DNA of 64,000 bases from Patescibacteria group bacterium (GTDB lineage: Bacteria > Patescibacteriota > Microgenomatia > UBA10105 > UBA927): NCBI GenBank assembly GCA_035510735.1, contig DATKGN010000012.1, forward strand, positions 9,013 through 73,012, read 5' to 3'. Position 1 is the stretch's first letter, and every line of letters starts with the position of its first letter. Below the pieces are notes generated by a model. The model was not told the origin of the DNA. It saw only the letters and a list, made by a program, of their open reading frames with translations, and did not search any database. This document shows positions 37,429 through 46,194 of this stretch, one piece after another. The position numbers and the translations under genes are program-made.

Positions 37429-39824
37429 ATCTGAAAGATAAAATTGAATCAATTCTAGAAGAGAAAAAAGTTACCTATCGTTTTATTCCGCTGCCGGAAG
37501 ATTTGCCGCCGGATGTGCCATCGCATGCTGCGTTCCATGGAATTGGGATGAAAAACGCGATGACGACTATTTTGTACCGTACGGAAAAAGGGATTATCGC
37601 TGCAGTGAAGCGGGCTGATACAAAAGTTGACCCTAATCGATTAAAGGTTCTCGCGAAGGTAAAGGAGTTACAGTTTGCGTTAGAGGAAGATCTGAAACAA
37701 TTAGGCGTTGAGGTTGGCATGGTCCCATATCTTGGGCTTGATGCTCCGTTTTATATTGATACGTCGGTATTGGAAATCGGGAAAGCATACGGAACGGCAG
37801 CAATGAAAACCATGGGCATGGTGATGGACGCCAAAGACATGCCGAAGGTAAACGGCGGAACTGTCGGGGACTTTGCCATAGAAGTACCTACGGCAAGTTT
37901 AGAAAAATATGTACAAACGATAGATGCGCTTAAGAGTAGCGGTCTTTCGTATGAACTTATTAAACATCCGCCTATTAAAACCGTAGAAGAAGGTTTGGCA
38001 TATTTAGGAATTACTGCTGATCAGGGTGTGTCGACATTACTTTACAAAACAGAGAGCGGACCGGTTGCAGTGCTCAGGCGCGATGATCATCAACTATCAG
38101 ACCAAAAGATTAAAACTGCTCTTCAGATAAAAAGTCTTCTGATGTGTAAGCCGGCCGAGATTCTCGAGTTAACCGGTTGCGAGTCGGGGTATGTGTCGCC
38201 ATATAATCCGAAGATGACGATGCTTATGGATCAAACAATACTCGAAAAGAAGGTAGTGTATTTAGGTACTGGCAGCCCGGAATATGATTTGAAAATTAAA
38301 CCAAAGGATCTCGCAGTTTTCACCCACGCAAAAACTGCGGACGTTATTGAGTCAGGAGTTATCCGGTCAAAGCGCCGCATAGTCTCAGGGATCACCCCGA
38401 GCGGTGACGGGACGCTACACATCGGCAACTATCTTGGTGCGGTAGAGCAGTTTATACGGTTTGCGAAATCGTTTGAATGTTTTCTCTTTGTCGCCGACAT
38501 GCATGGACTTACGACGATCCAAGATAAAAAGCACTTATCAGGGAATATTGAAGCGTTAATTTTGAACGAACTTGCGCTTCTTATGGGATTTTTAACCAAA
38601 GAAGAATTTGAACGAATTGTGTTTTATCGACAATCGGATATCGCGATGCACGGTGAATTACAGTCTATTATCAATAACGTGACGCCGTTGGGACTACTTA
38701 AACGCGCTCATGCATATAAAGATAAACTTGCAAAAGACATATCGGAGGATGACATCAACCTCGGGCTTTTTAATTATCCAATTCTTATGGCGGCTGACAT
38801 CATTATGTATAACGCAGACATCGTGCCTGTGGGGAAGGACCAAAAACAGCATGTAGAAATTACCCGAGATATTGCTGAGCGGTTTAATAAAACGTACAAG
38901 AAGAAAATATTTACCCTACCGGAACCGCTTATTCCGCAGGAAGTCGGTGCGATCATCGGGACCGACGGAAAACGCAAAATGAGTAAAAGTCTCGGGAATA
39001 TCATCGCTATATTTGAACCGGAGGATGTTATCAGGAAGCAAGTGATGAGTACGTATACCGATCCTACCCGAAAACACGCGACCGATCCCGGACATATCGA
39101 GGGGAATATGGTGTTTACATACTTAGACTATTTCGGTGATAAGCAGCAGGTTATCAAGATGAAGGAAGAGTATAAGAAGGGAAAGATTTCTGATGTCGCC
39201 GTCAAAGAATATTTGTTTAAGAGCCTTATAAAATACTTTGCACCAGCGAGAAAAGCATACGAAGAGCTTAAAAATAATCCGGAGATGGTAAAAGAAATCC
39301 TTAGACGCGGACAAGAGCGTGCGCTCGCGATTGCGTTACGGAAAATGAGAGACGTGCGTGAGGTAATCGGGCTTACCACACGGTATTCATTTTCAAGCTC
39401 TATGGCGAAAAACAAAATTAATATTGGATCCCCAATCCCTCCTTCGTCAAAGACTATGGATGGGCACGGCGGGTCGGGGATGACAATTTCCATCGACGAT
39501 TTTGCTCATGTCGAACTCCGGGTCGGAAAAGTCGTCGAAGCGAAAAATAAAGAGGGGAGCGAGAGACTCATCCGATTGGTGGTTGATATTGGCGAGGAAA
39601 AATCGCGGATTATATTCACTGGTGTGCGGCCATTCGGCTATCAACCCTCGGATTTTGCAGGAAAACAATTTTTATTCATCACCAATCTTGCTCCGCGCAA
39701 GATGCTTGATGAGGAGTCACAGGGGATGATCCTCGCGGTTGATGGTCCTTCGACAGGCTCAGGATTGAATAAACCAATATTCGTGAGTGCCGAGGGGATG
39801 CCCATCGGTGCAAAAATAAGATAA
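37425..39824 (+). CDS. trpS: Tryptophan--tRNA ligase fused to two YbaK/ProX-like domains and a C-terminal tRNA-binding OB fold
   Basis: SGITPSG..HIGNY, YPILMAADI, VPVGKDQKQH, KMSKS; two YbaK-like units (GMVPYLG, GYVSPY); ISIDDFAHVELRVG...NLAPRK...SQGMILA. Confidence 0.93.
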   Translation: MNLKDKIESILEEKKVTYRFIPLPEDLPPDVPSHAAFHGIGMKNAMTTILYRTEKGIIAAVKRADTKVDPNRLKVLAKVKELQFALEEDLKQLGVEVGMVPYLGLDAPFYIDTSVLEIGKAYGTAAMKTMGMVMDAKDMPKVNGGTVGDFAIEVPTASLEKYVQTIDALKSSGLSYELIKHPPIKTVEEGLAYLGITADQGVSTLLYKTESGPVAVLRRDDHQLSDQKIKTALQIKSLLMCKPAEILELTGCESGYVSPYNPKMTMLMDQTILEKKVVYLGTGSPEYDLKIKPKDLAVFTHAKTADVIESGVIRSKRRIVSGITPSGDGTLHIGNYLGAVEQFIRFAKSFECFLFVADMHGLTTIQDKKHLSGNIEALILNELALLMGFLTKEEFERIVFYRQSDIAMHGELQSIINNVTPLGLLKRAHAYKDKLAKDISEDDINLGLFNYPILMAADIIMYNADIVPVGKDQKQHVEITRDIAERFNKTYKKKIFTLPEPLIPQEVGAIIGTDGKRKMSKSLGNIIAIFEPEDVIRKQVMSTYTDPTRKHATDPGHIEGNMVFTYLDYFGDKQQVIKMKEEYKKGKISDVAVKEYLFKSLIKYFAPARKAYEELKNNPEMVKEILRRGQERALAIALRKMRDVREVIGLTTRYSFSSSMAKNKINIGSPIPPSSKTMDGHGGSGMTISIDDFAHVELRVGKVVEAKNKEGSERLIRLVVDIGEEKSRIIFTGVRPFGYQPSDFAGKQFLFITNLAPRKMLDEESQGMILAVDGPSTGSGLNKPIFVSAEGMPIGAKIR

Positions 39825-39827
39825 AAC

Positions 39828-39877
39828 TGGATTCCCGCCGGAGTTTACCCCGTACTTGATGCGGGGCGGAAATGACA
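39828..39877. repeat. REP/RPE-like palindromic element
   Basis: tggattcccgcc...ccccgtacttgatgcggggcggaaatgaca. Confidence 0.7.
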
Positions 39878-39929
39878 AGCTATGTAGGGGCCGGTTGGGG
39901 AGAAAATCCGCTAATACAATTGCTGGAGG

Positions 39930-40325
39930 TTATTCGCTTAAGAATCCTTTTATTTTATTGATAACCTGATCGGGCGTGTAATCGCTTTTAATCATATATC
40001 CACGGGCTCCGAGTGACGTTGCGCTGGCAACAGCAGTCTCCTGACCAAGATTTGATAAGACAACAACCGCTTTATTTGGTAGAACAGGCGGGGTTTCGTT
40101 TTTCAGTTTTTCAAGAATCTTTAATCCGTCCATTTTGGGGAGCATGATATCAAGGAGAACGAGATCATATCCGCCTTCATGCATTTTCTGATACGCTTCG
40201 TCTCCATCAACCGCATGATCAACAACAAATCCCTCTTCTTCAAAAATATCGATATAGAGCTCTCTGATGTATTGATCGTCTTCAACAACGAGGATTTTTT
40301 TCGGTAGCGGTGGTACATCTGTCAT
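39930..40325 (-). CDS. Single-domain response regulator
   Basis: ILVVEDD, LLDIMLPKMDG, K. Confidence 0.93.
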   Translation of the reverse strand: MTDVPPLPKKILVVEDDQYIRELYIDIFEEEGFVVDHAVDGDEAYQKMHEGGYDLVLLDIMLPKMDGLKILEKLKNETPPVLPNKAVVVLSNLGQETAVASATSLGARGYMIKSDYTPDQVINKIKGFLSE

Positions 40326-40329
40326 ACGT

Positions 40330-41808
40330 TCAGTGTAGCTGACCCTCTCCTGGCTGTAAAGCTGGTGAAACGATATGTTGTGCTATGGGAAGAGTAAACG
40401 TGAACGTAGAGCCTTTTCCGTATTCCGAAAGCGCGGTAATGTTGCCGCCGTGAAGTTCGACATATTGTTTGCAAATATAGAGTCCGAGCCCTGATCCGCT
40501 TCCCGTGATGGTCACATATGATCCTTCCAGCCGGCCGAATTTCGTGAATAATTTTGCCATATCTTCAGCTCGGATGCCATGCCCCGTGTCAATAATAGAT
40601 GTTTCAATCACCGTATCTTTTGCTCTCATGATAATGCGGATCGTCCCGTCCTGTGGAGTAAATTTATAGGCGTTGCCGACAAGATTTTCCAATACCTGGC
40701 GAATTTTTTCCCGGTCAATGGATACCTCCGGCAGATTATCCGGGGCGTCAAGTGATAGGTTAATATGGAGTTCAGCGGTTTTCGCCTGAAATTCATTAAG
40801 AATGTCCGATGCCAAGTTTTTGAGATTGATATTTTCCCGCTTAAGTTGGACCTTACCGCTTTCAATTCGTGAGATATCAAGCATCTCATTCACGAGGTGA
40901 ATGAGCCGTTCCGTTGAGTTATATACGCGATTTATATACTCTTTCGCCTTTGGTTCCAGAGGGCCAGCCTTATTATTTAATACGAGCCATGCATAACTTT
41001 TTATCGCTGTCATGGGTGTCCGAAGTTCATGAGAGGCGAGCGAAACGAATTCGTTTTTGAGTTTATCGAGAAGTTCCAGTTTTTGGTTTGCAACCTGGAG
41101 TTTACTATTGGTTTTTTGAATGTTTTCCAGAAGCTTTGCGTGGTCTATGGTGATGGCCACCATACCAATAAGCTCCGAAAGAGTTTCTTTCTCCATTCGG
41201 GAAAGGTCATCAACATTTTTAGATAATCCCAGTGATAAAACCCCCAATGCACGATCTCCAAGAACGAGAGGATAGATGATGATCGTTTTGACTTTTGTAA
41301 TCCGCTTTATGGAATCCGCCGTTTCCTGATTGACCAAGGGGGTGAGAATGTCGAGGATATTGTCAGTAACTTTTTGTTCCACGTCGCGGATCGCTCTGAT
41401 GGTTAAATTATTTGCGTCATCAAGGGGAATAACTGCTTCTTCAAGTGGTTTACCTACGAGTTTAAGGCCTTCAAGCATCTGAGGACTTTTTGTCATGGCA
41501 ACCGGGCGAAGAACGTTTGCCTTTTTATCAACGAGAGTTATAATAGCGGCCGCAAAATTGAGCTCTCTGACGATTGTATCGGCGATGAGTTGCGTGACTT
41601 CAGCGACAGATTTGGCCTGCGTTGTGATGTCGGAAAGCCGACGTAGGATAAGAAGTGTTTTGTTGCGGATGGAAAGTTCGAAATTTTGCTTGTAGATTGC
41701 CTGACTAGCTTTTGCGATCAAAACCTCATCGTCATTAGTTTTATCAGTCAAAGGAGGGAACTTGGAAGATTGAGCAGAACCGATGCGAACAGGGTCTTGA
41801 GCAGGCAT
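40330..41808 (-). CDS. GAF-domain sensor histidine kinase (cytoplasmic)
   Basis: ASHELRTP H-box, NLVGNAYKF, DTGHGI, GSGLGL; no TM. Confidence 0.93.
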   Translation of the reverse strand: MPAQDPVRIGSAQSSKFPPLTDKTNDDEVLIAKASQAIYKQNFELSIRNKTLLILRRLSDITTQAKSVAEVTQLIADTIVRELNFAAAIITLVDKKANVLRPVAMTKSPQMLEGLKLVGKPLEEAVIPLDDANNLTIRAIRDVEQKVTDNILDILTPLVNQETADSIKRITKVKTIIIYPLVLGDRALGVLSLGLSKNVDDLSRMEKETLSELIGMVAITIDHAKLLENIQKTNSKLQVANQKLELLDKLKNEFVSLASHELRTPMTAIKSYAWLVLNNKAGPLEPKAKEYINRVYNSTERLIHLVNEMLDISRIESGKVQLKRENINLKNLASDILNEFQAKTAELHINLSLDAPDNLPEVSIDREKIRQVLENLVGNAYKFTPQDGTIRIIMRAKDTVIETSIIDTGHGIRAEDMAKLFTKFGRLEGSYVTITGSGSGLGLYICKQYVELHGGNITALSEYGKGSTFTFTLPIAQHIVSPALQPGEGQLH

Positions 41809-41845
41809 ACTTTCATTATAGATCAGTTAGACTTCCTAAGAAGCC

Positions 41846-42130
41846 TCATTTGAGAATATCCGGAAGATCTTTATCTGAGATGGATAGTTGAGATTCTTTG
41901 ATGGCCTCCTTGCATACTTCTATGGAAGCTTTGCCAAAGAGTCGTTCAAATCGCTTCACGAGATTAGTTAATACCTCTTTTTCATTGCCTGTTATACGAA
42001 TGGTGTTTGAAGAATCAACCGTAATTCCGGTAACCATTTTTGCTTGATCGACAGCTAGAGGGCCAATTACGAGAAGTTGTCCCTTTAAAATGCTTGTCGC
42101 AAGCGCGGAATACAAGGTGGTGTCTGTCAT
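41846..42130 (-). CDS. Small hypothetical protein in the signalling operon
   Basis: 94 aa; start overlaps the upstream membrane gene's stop. Confidence 0.65.
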   Translation of the reverse strand: MTDTTLYSALATSILKGQLLVIGPLAVDQAKMVTGITVDSSNTIRITGNEKEVLTNLVKRFERLFGKASIEVCKEAIKESQLSISDKDLPDILK

Positions 42131-42951
42131 GGTGACTTTGACTGTAAGCGGTCAAACACTGTTTTAAATTGCAAAAGTGCGAGCGTCATAAGGAAATATG
42201 AAAATAGATACATATAATCATTTATCCCCCCGGCAAGCCATGTTCCACGACTTGCTTGATACAGAAACACATAATCAGAGAGGAATTGGAAACATAATGC
42301 AAACAAAATGAAGATTACCTTATTCTTCATGATTCCCCCTAGTACCCCTTTCGAAAGTAAATAAGTAAGTATTGCAAATGAAACATATGTCGCTTGTCCA
42401 AGGGGAGCTACAAATTCAAGAATGATGCTTGCCGGGTGGTTCCAATCGAATTTGTATCCCTGCAAAAATAGTAAGTATCCTAAAAATAACATAATAAATG
42501 GGATGAAAAGTGCCTGAATTTTTTGTTTATACGTTCGAAGATTAATAGCTACGCCAGATGCTTTAGCGAGGTAAAATGTGCCCAAGATAGAAAATGGGAT
42601 GCTGCTGAAATACCCAATATCTCCGATTGTTGGATACGGTGTCGGAGTGTGAAGTATAAGTGGATAATACGCATATGCTATTTGTCCAAATATTTGTCCA
42701 CCGAGTGCAGCAGAGAAAAATAAGAGTGCTTTCCCTATCACACTGTGGATTCCTCCCCATTTTTGTGCGATGAGTAGTCCCCATAGCATGCCCCATATTG
42801 CCATGATGACATAAATACTTATGAAATCACCTAGGAAACGTTTCTCCGGGGTAGGGCTGAATGAAGGCGCAACACGCCACCATATAGTCAGTACGATTAA
42901 TAAGACTGTGGCAACCTTCGCTTGCCACTCTTTTTTAATTGTTTCCATCAT
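42127..42951 (-). CDS. Multi-TM membrane protein (possible stand-alone sensor module)
   Basis: About 8 TM; PYPTIGDIGY motif like MASE-type sensor regions. Confidence 0.65.
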   Translation of the reverse strand: MMETIKKEWQAKVATVLLIVLTIWWRVAPSFSPTPEKRFLGDFISIYVIMAIWGMLWGLLIAQKWGGIHSVIGKALLFFSAALGGQIFGQIAYAYYPLILHTPTPYPTIGDIGYFSSIPFSILGTFYLAKASGVAINLRTYKQKIQALFIPFIMLFLGYLLFLQGYKFDWNHPASIILEFVAPLGQATYVSFAILTYLLSKGVLGGIMKNKVIFILFALCFQFLSDYVFLYQASRGTWLAGGINDYMYLFSYFLMTLALLQFKTVFDRLQSKSP

Positions 42952-42984
42952 ATATTTTCACGATAGGTTGTATTGTGGGGCGTG

Positions 42985-43746
42985 TCAAGTATTGATGGAG
43001 TGGAGCATCCACACATTCGGTTCGACGTATGTTCCTCTATCATTTTCAAGATTTATATCCACCGGAACTAATGCTCCTTTTACGACGTAGAGACCACTTG
43101 TGGGAAAATTTATGTCAGTCCACCGTTTCCATTGGGCTACAGTGTCTTCTACGGTCATTGATGCGGGAGCAAGTTTTAGTATTTTTGCACCTAGCCGCCA
43201 ATGGATACCAATCCAGGGATCGAACGGTTCATCTGATGATAGAGACATGGTCCGTTGAAGATACGCTTCAATGGAAATCAGCGGATACTGAGACTTGAGT
43301 GAAGGTCGAACAGGCGCTATCAAATTGTCAAATCCATGCGATTTGGCAATTTCTTTCATGGCTTCAATCATCCGTCTGCTGAGACCCAGGCCGCGCAGCT
43401 CCGGCTTTAAAGTAATTTCGAGCGCACAGAGGGTGTTGGGTTGTTTTCCCGTTTTATATTGTTCAAATGCTAGTTCGTGTGCTTGCCCCCAGCCGGTTGG
43501 TAACCCGTCATTTGTGTGATCCCATGCTATTGGCAGGCTTAAACCACGAGCCACGACTTCACCGCTCGTGGGGTCGATCATGGCGTATTGGTAGTCAGGA
43601 AATATGTATTTCAGGCTTTCCCAATATTGCTTTGAGTACTGCTCTTGGAGCATAAAGGGTGGCCAATATGCAGCGAATTGATCTACTTCAGACTGAAGTT
43701 CCGGATGTTTTTGAAGGGTAAGTATTTCGTAACTCATATGACCCAC
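42985..43746 (-). CDS. GNAT-family N-acyltransferase
   Basis: LRGLGLSRRMI, APVRP, DPWIGIHWRLG, YVEPNVWM. Confidence 0.8.
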   Translation of the reverse strand: MGHMSYEILTLQKHPELQSEVDQFAAYWPPFMLQEQYSKQYWESLKYIFPDYQYAMIDPTSGEVVARGLSLPIAWDHTNDGLPTGWGQAHELAFEQYKTGKQPNTLCALEITLKPELRGLGLSRRMIEAMKEIAKSHGFDNLIAPVRPSLKSQYPLISIEAYLQRTMSLSSDEPFDPWIGIHWRLGAKILKLAPASMTVEDTVAQWKRWTDINFPTSGLYVVKGALVPVDINLENDRGTYVEPNVWMLHSINT

Positions 43747-43812
43747 TTTATGTTTCTTCGCTCACAGATTTGCAGTTAGTATACTATCTTTAGTGCGACT
43801 GTTTGGTTCGTG

Positions 43813-45120
43813 CTAGGTGACTTTTGCCTCAAATATTGTCTTAACTTTTTGTAGGATCATCTGCGTCCGTTTCCACGAATCAGCTGCGATAGCGATATAT
43901 AATGATTTCCATGGGAGCATGCCCACATGAAATGGGATAACGCCCTCGGCACGTGGATTTTTTGCTGTAATAAGAAGTCTATTTGCTAATAGATGTGAAT
44001 AAATATCAGAAAATAATGCATGTTTTTTTAGGTGGATATGAGTTGTACAAAATCCACTGCCAATTTTCCCCCTAACTGCCAGAAGCATTTCAAGCGGTAA
44101 TGCCGTGAATGGAGTTCTTGCGTTTAATTCTAATAATATTGCTGAATCAGGATCAGCGAGCGTTTCTGCGGGAGATGTTATCAGAAAATCAGGTCCAAAC
44201 GAACCCGTTGCACCCTGCGCGGCCAGAGTTTGAGCTAATCGTTTTAAATGTCGTATAAGAGAGTTTCGCGCATTCTTGGAGATAGAAAGAGGTCTGGCTC
44301 CAATATATGTGACACCGTCAGCATCAATCATTTGTTGCCATGCAGCACATATAAAAGGGTTCGCACCCGGAGGGATTTCTATATGAGTGCCAACTGATAT
44401 GCAGTTTTCCAGCCAACCCTCTATAATGATTTTTTCTTTGTATTCCCGGAATGGTCTATTGAGTACAGAGACTACGAGTTGTTCTGCATTGTGGATACGA
44501 ATGGTTTGAAATTTTTTACTCAAGTATCCATTTACAGAGACATCATGTTTTATCACTATATAGTCAAATTGACTCGTAAGTGATTTGATTGCCTCCTTAA
44601 TCTGCTTCATGGTTGAGCAGACGTAGCCGGTGGGGGTAGGGATTTGTGCTTTTTTTGCTAGTAATCGAATGCCGCTTTTGGTGCCATAACGATTGTTGTG
44701 TTTCGCCGACCCATATATGTTAATGTTAAGAGCTTTAGCAAGTGCCTCTTCATGTTTAGTAAATGCAAATGGCAACAAGCGGACATTGCTATCAATTGTC
44801 TGCTTTATGAGATGGAGTGCCCATGGGTTGTGAAGAATTGTGGTCGACAGAAATGCGCGCTTTGTGACACCTGAAAGATTTATGATTTTTCCGCTTGGAA
44901 TGAGTGAATGAATGTATGAAATGTAGTTTGGATCAATATCTCGGACCACAGCAATATTTGTGTTATTTAGCCCTGCAAGGAAAAAACCTTCCTGCATTTG
45001 TTCAAATACGATGTTGTCCCATATGTCGATGGTTTGAGACCCTACGAGGAGAAGTTGTTTGGATTTGTAACCCGGTTTGAAGTACTCCTCCATATTGAGT
45101 GGTGGATTCGTTTGATTCAT
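43813..45120 (-). CDS. ATP-grasp ligase (PGM1/pre-ATP-grasp-like)
   Basis: GTKSGIR...IPTP, VIK, IIEGW, FGPDF, ELNAR. Confidence 0.75.
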   Translation of the reverse strand: MNQTNPPLNMEEYFKPGYKSKQLLLVGSQTIDIWDNIVFEQMQEGFFLAGLNNTNIAVVRDIDPNYISYIHSLIPSGKIINLSGVTKRAFLSTTILHNPWALHLIKQTIDSNVRLLPFAFTKHEEALAKALNINIYGSAKHNNRYGTKSGIRLLAKKAQIPTPTGYVCSTMKQIKEAIKSLTSQFDYIVIKHDVSVNGYLSKKFQTIRIHNAEQLVVSVLNRPFREYKEKIIIEGWLENCISVGTHIEIPPGANPFICAAWQQMIDADGVTYIGARPLSISKNARNSLIRHLKRLAQTLAAQGATGSFGPDFLITSPAETLADPDSAILLELNARTPFTALPLEMLLAVRGKIGSGFCTTHIHLKKHALFSDIYSHLLANRLLITAKNPRAEGVIPFHVGMLPWKSLYIAIAADSWKRTQMILQKVKTIFEAKVT

Positions 45121-45319
45121 GGGGAATGTTTAATACGGTGAATACCGTTTCTCATGGAACCGTTTTATAAATTGCCAGTGTGAGGTCGCGTCGGGGTTGC
45201 CCAAGCCAAAAATTTGAAAGATATTGGAGTCCGTTTACGTACGTTCCTTCTCGCATACTCTGGTCGCCAAAAAGGTTATTACTACTATTTGGTTACCTAC
45301 GTTTGTGGGAAACCTAGGG

Positions 45320-45748
45320 TTATTTATTTATCGTTGGATACTGTAAACCTCGTTTGACGATTTGCAGTTCATGTTCTTTGAACGGAAAAGTTTTTTTGAT
45401 GTACCGAAGGAGCTCCTTAACATGGTTTTCAAAATTGCTGCATGAATACAGATCGAACGTAAAAAAACCACGCTTCGCGAATGTGTGGATGGAAATATGG
45501 GATTCCTTGATGAGGATGACCCCAGAAATACCTCCCGGGTCTCGATGAGAGGCGGATTCGTCAGCGTTGGCAATGAGTGGTGTGCTTAACCGGCACATTC
45601 CAATTTTTTCAGGAATCTCGTACAAAAATTTGTAAATGAGTTTCATATCGTTAAGGCGATCAAATGGGACGTCATACGCATCAAGCATCAGATGCATTCC
45701 CAATGTCGTTTTACCATTTGCCACGGGAAATAATTTCTTTTTGGACAT
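45320..45748 (-). CDS. speD: Pyruvoyl-dependent decarboxylase, SpeD/SpeH family
   Basis: GMHLMLD, GGISGVILIKE-SHISIHTF, DLYSC; substrate not certain. Confidence 0.85.
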   Translation of the reverse strand: MSKKKLFPVANGKTTLGMHLMLDAYDVPFDRLNDMKLIYKFLYEIPEKIGMCRLSTPLIANADESASHRDPGGISGVILIKESHISIHTFAKRGFFTFDLYSCSNFENHVKELLRYIKKTFPFKEHELQIVKRGLQYPTINK

Positions 45749-45761
45749 ATCGAACGATAGG

Positions 45762-45811
45762 ATGTTACAACTTTGTAACATTAGCATAAGATTTACTTCT
45801 TCTTTAGTCAA
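45762..45811 (-). promoter_or_regulatory. speD promoter with palindromic operator
   Basis: TTGACT-17-TATGCT (minus) followed by the perfect inverted repeat ATGTTACAA-ct-TTGTAACAT (45762-45781). Confidence 0.65.
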
Positions 45812-45877
45812 GCATATTTAACAAATATGGGATTATGTGCTATCTTCTTTAACGGCACTGCCCTAATACAATAAACA

Positions 45878-46108
45878 ATGATACGGGCGGGGATACGAAT
45901 TCAAAAAAAGAGGCGCGAGAGGGGTCTAACTGTTCAGCAGCTCGCTTCTTGTATTGGCGTTTCGAGAAGCTACCTTACGCTCATAGAAAACGGTAAGCGG
46001 TCGTTTCCCAAAAAGCTTGTAATTCCTCTTGCGAAATCCCTCAAGCTTTCTAAAAAAGTGGTGTATCAGTGGTTTTTGCAAGATGCCATGGAAGAGTTAC
46101 GCCTGTAG
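45878..46108 (+). CDS. XRE-family HTH regulator
   Basis: RRERGLTVQQLASCIGVSRSYLTLIENG. Confidence 0.9.
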   Translation: MIRAGIRIQKKRRERGLTVQQLASCIGVSRSYLTLIENGKRSFPKKLVIPLAKSLKLSKKVVYQWFLQDAMEELRL

Positions 46109-46194
46109 AATTTTGAGAGCAGTAATCGTGGCAGAGCGACGAGAAACTCCCCGTTCAGCTTCAATTAGTGGTATAATGAACGCTCAATATACTT

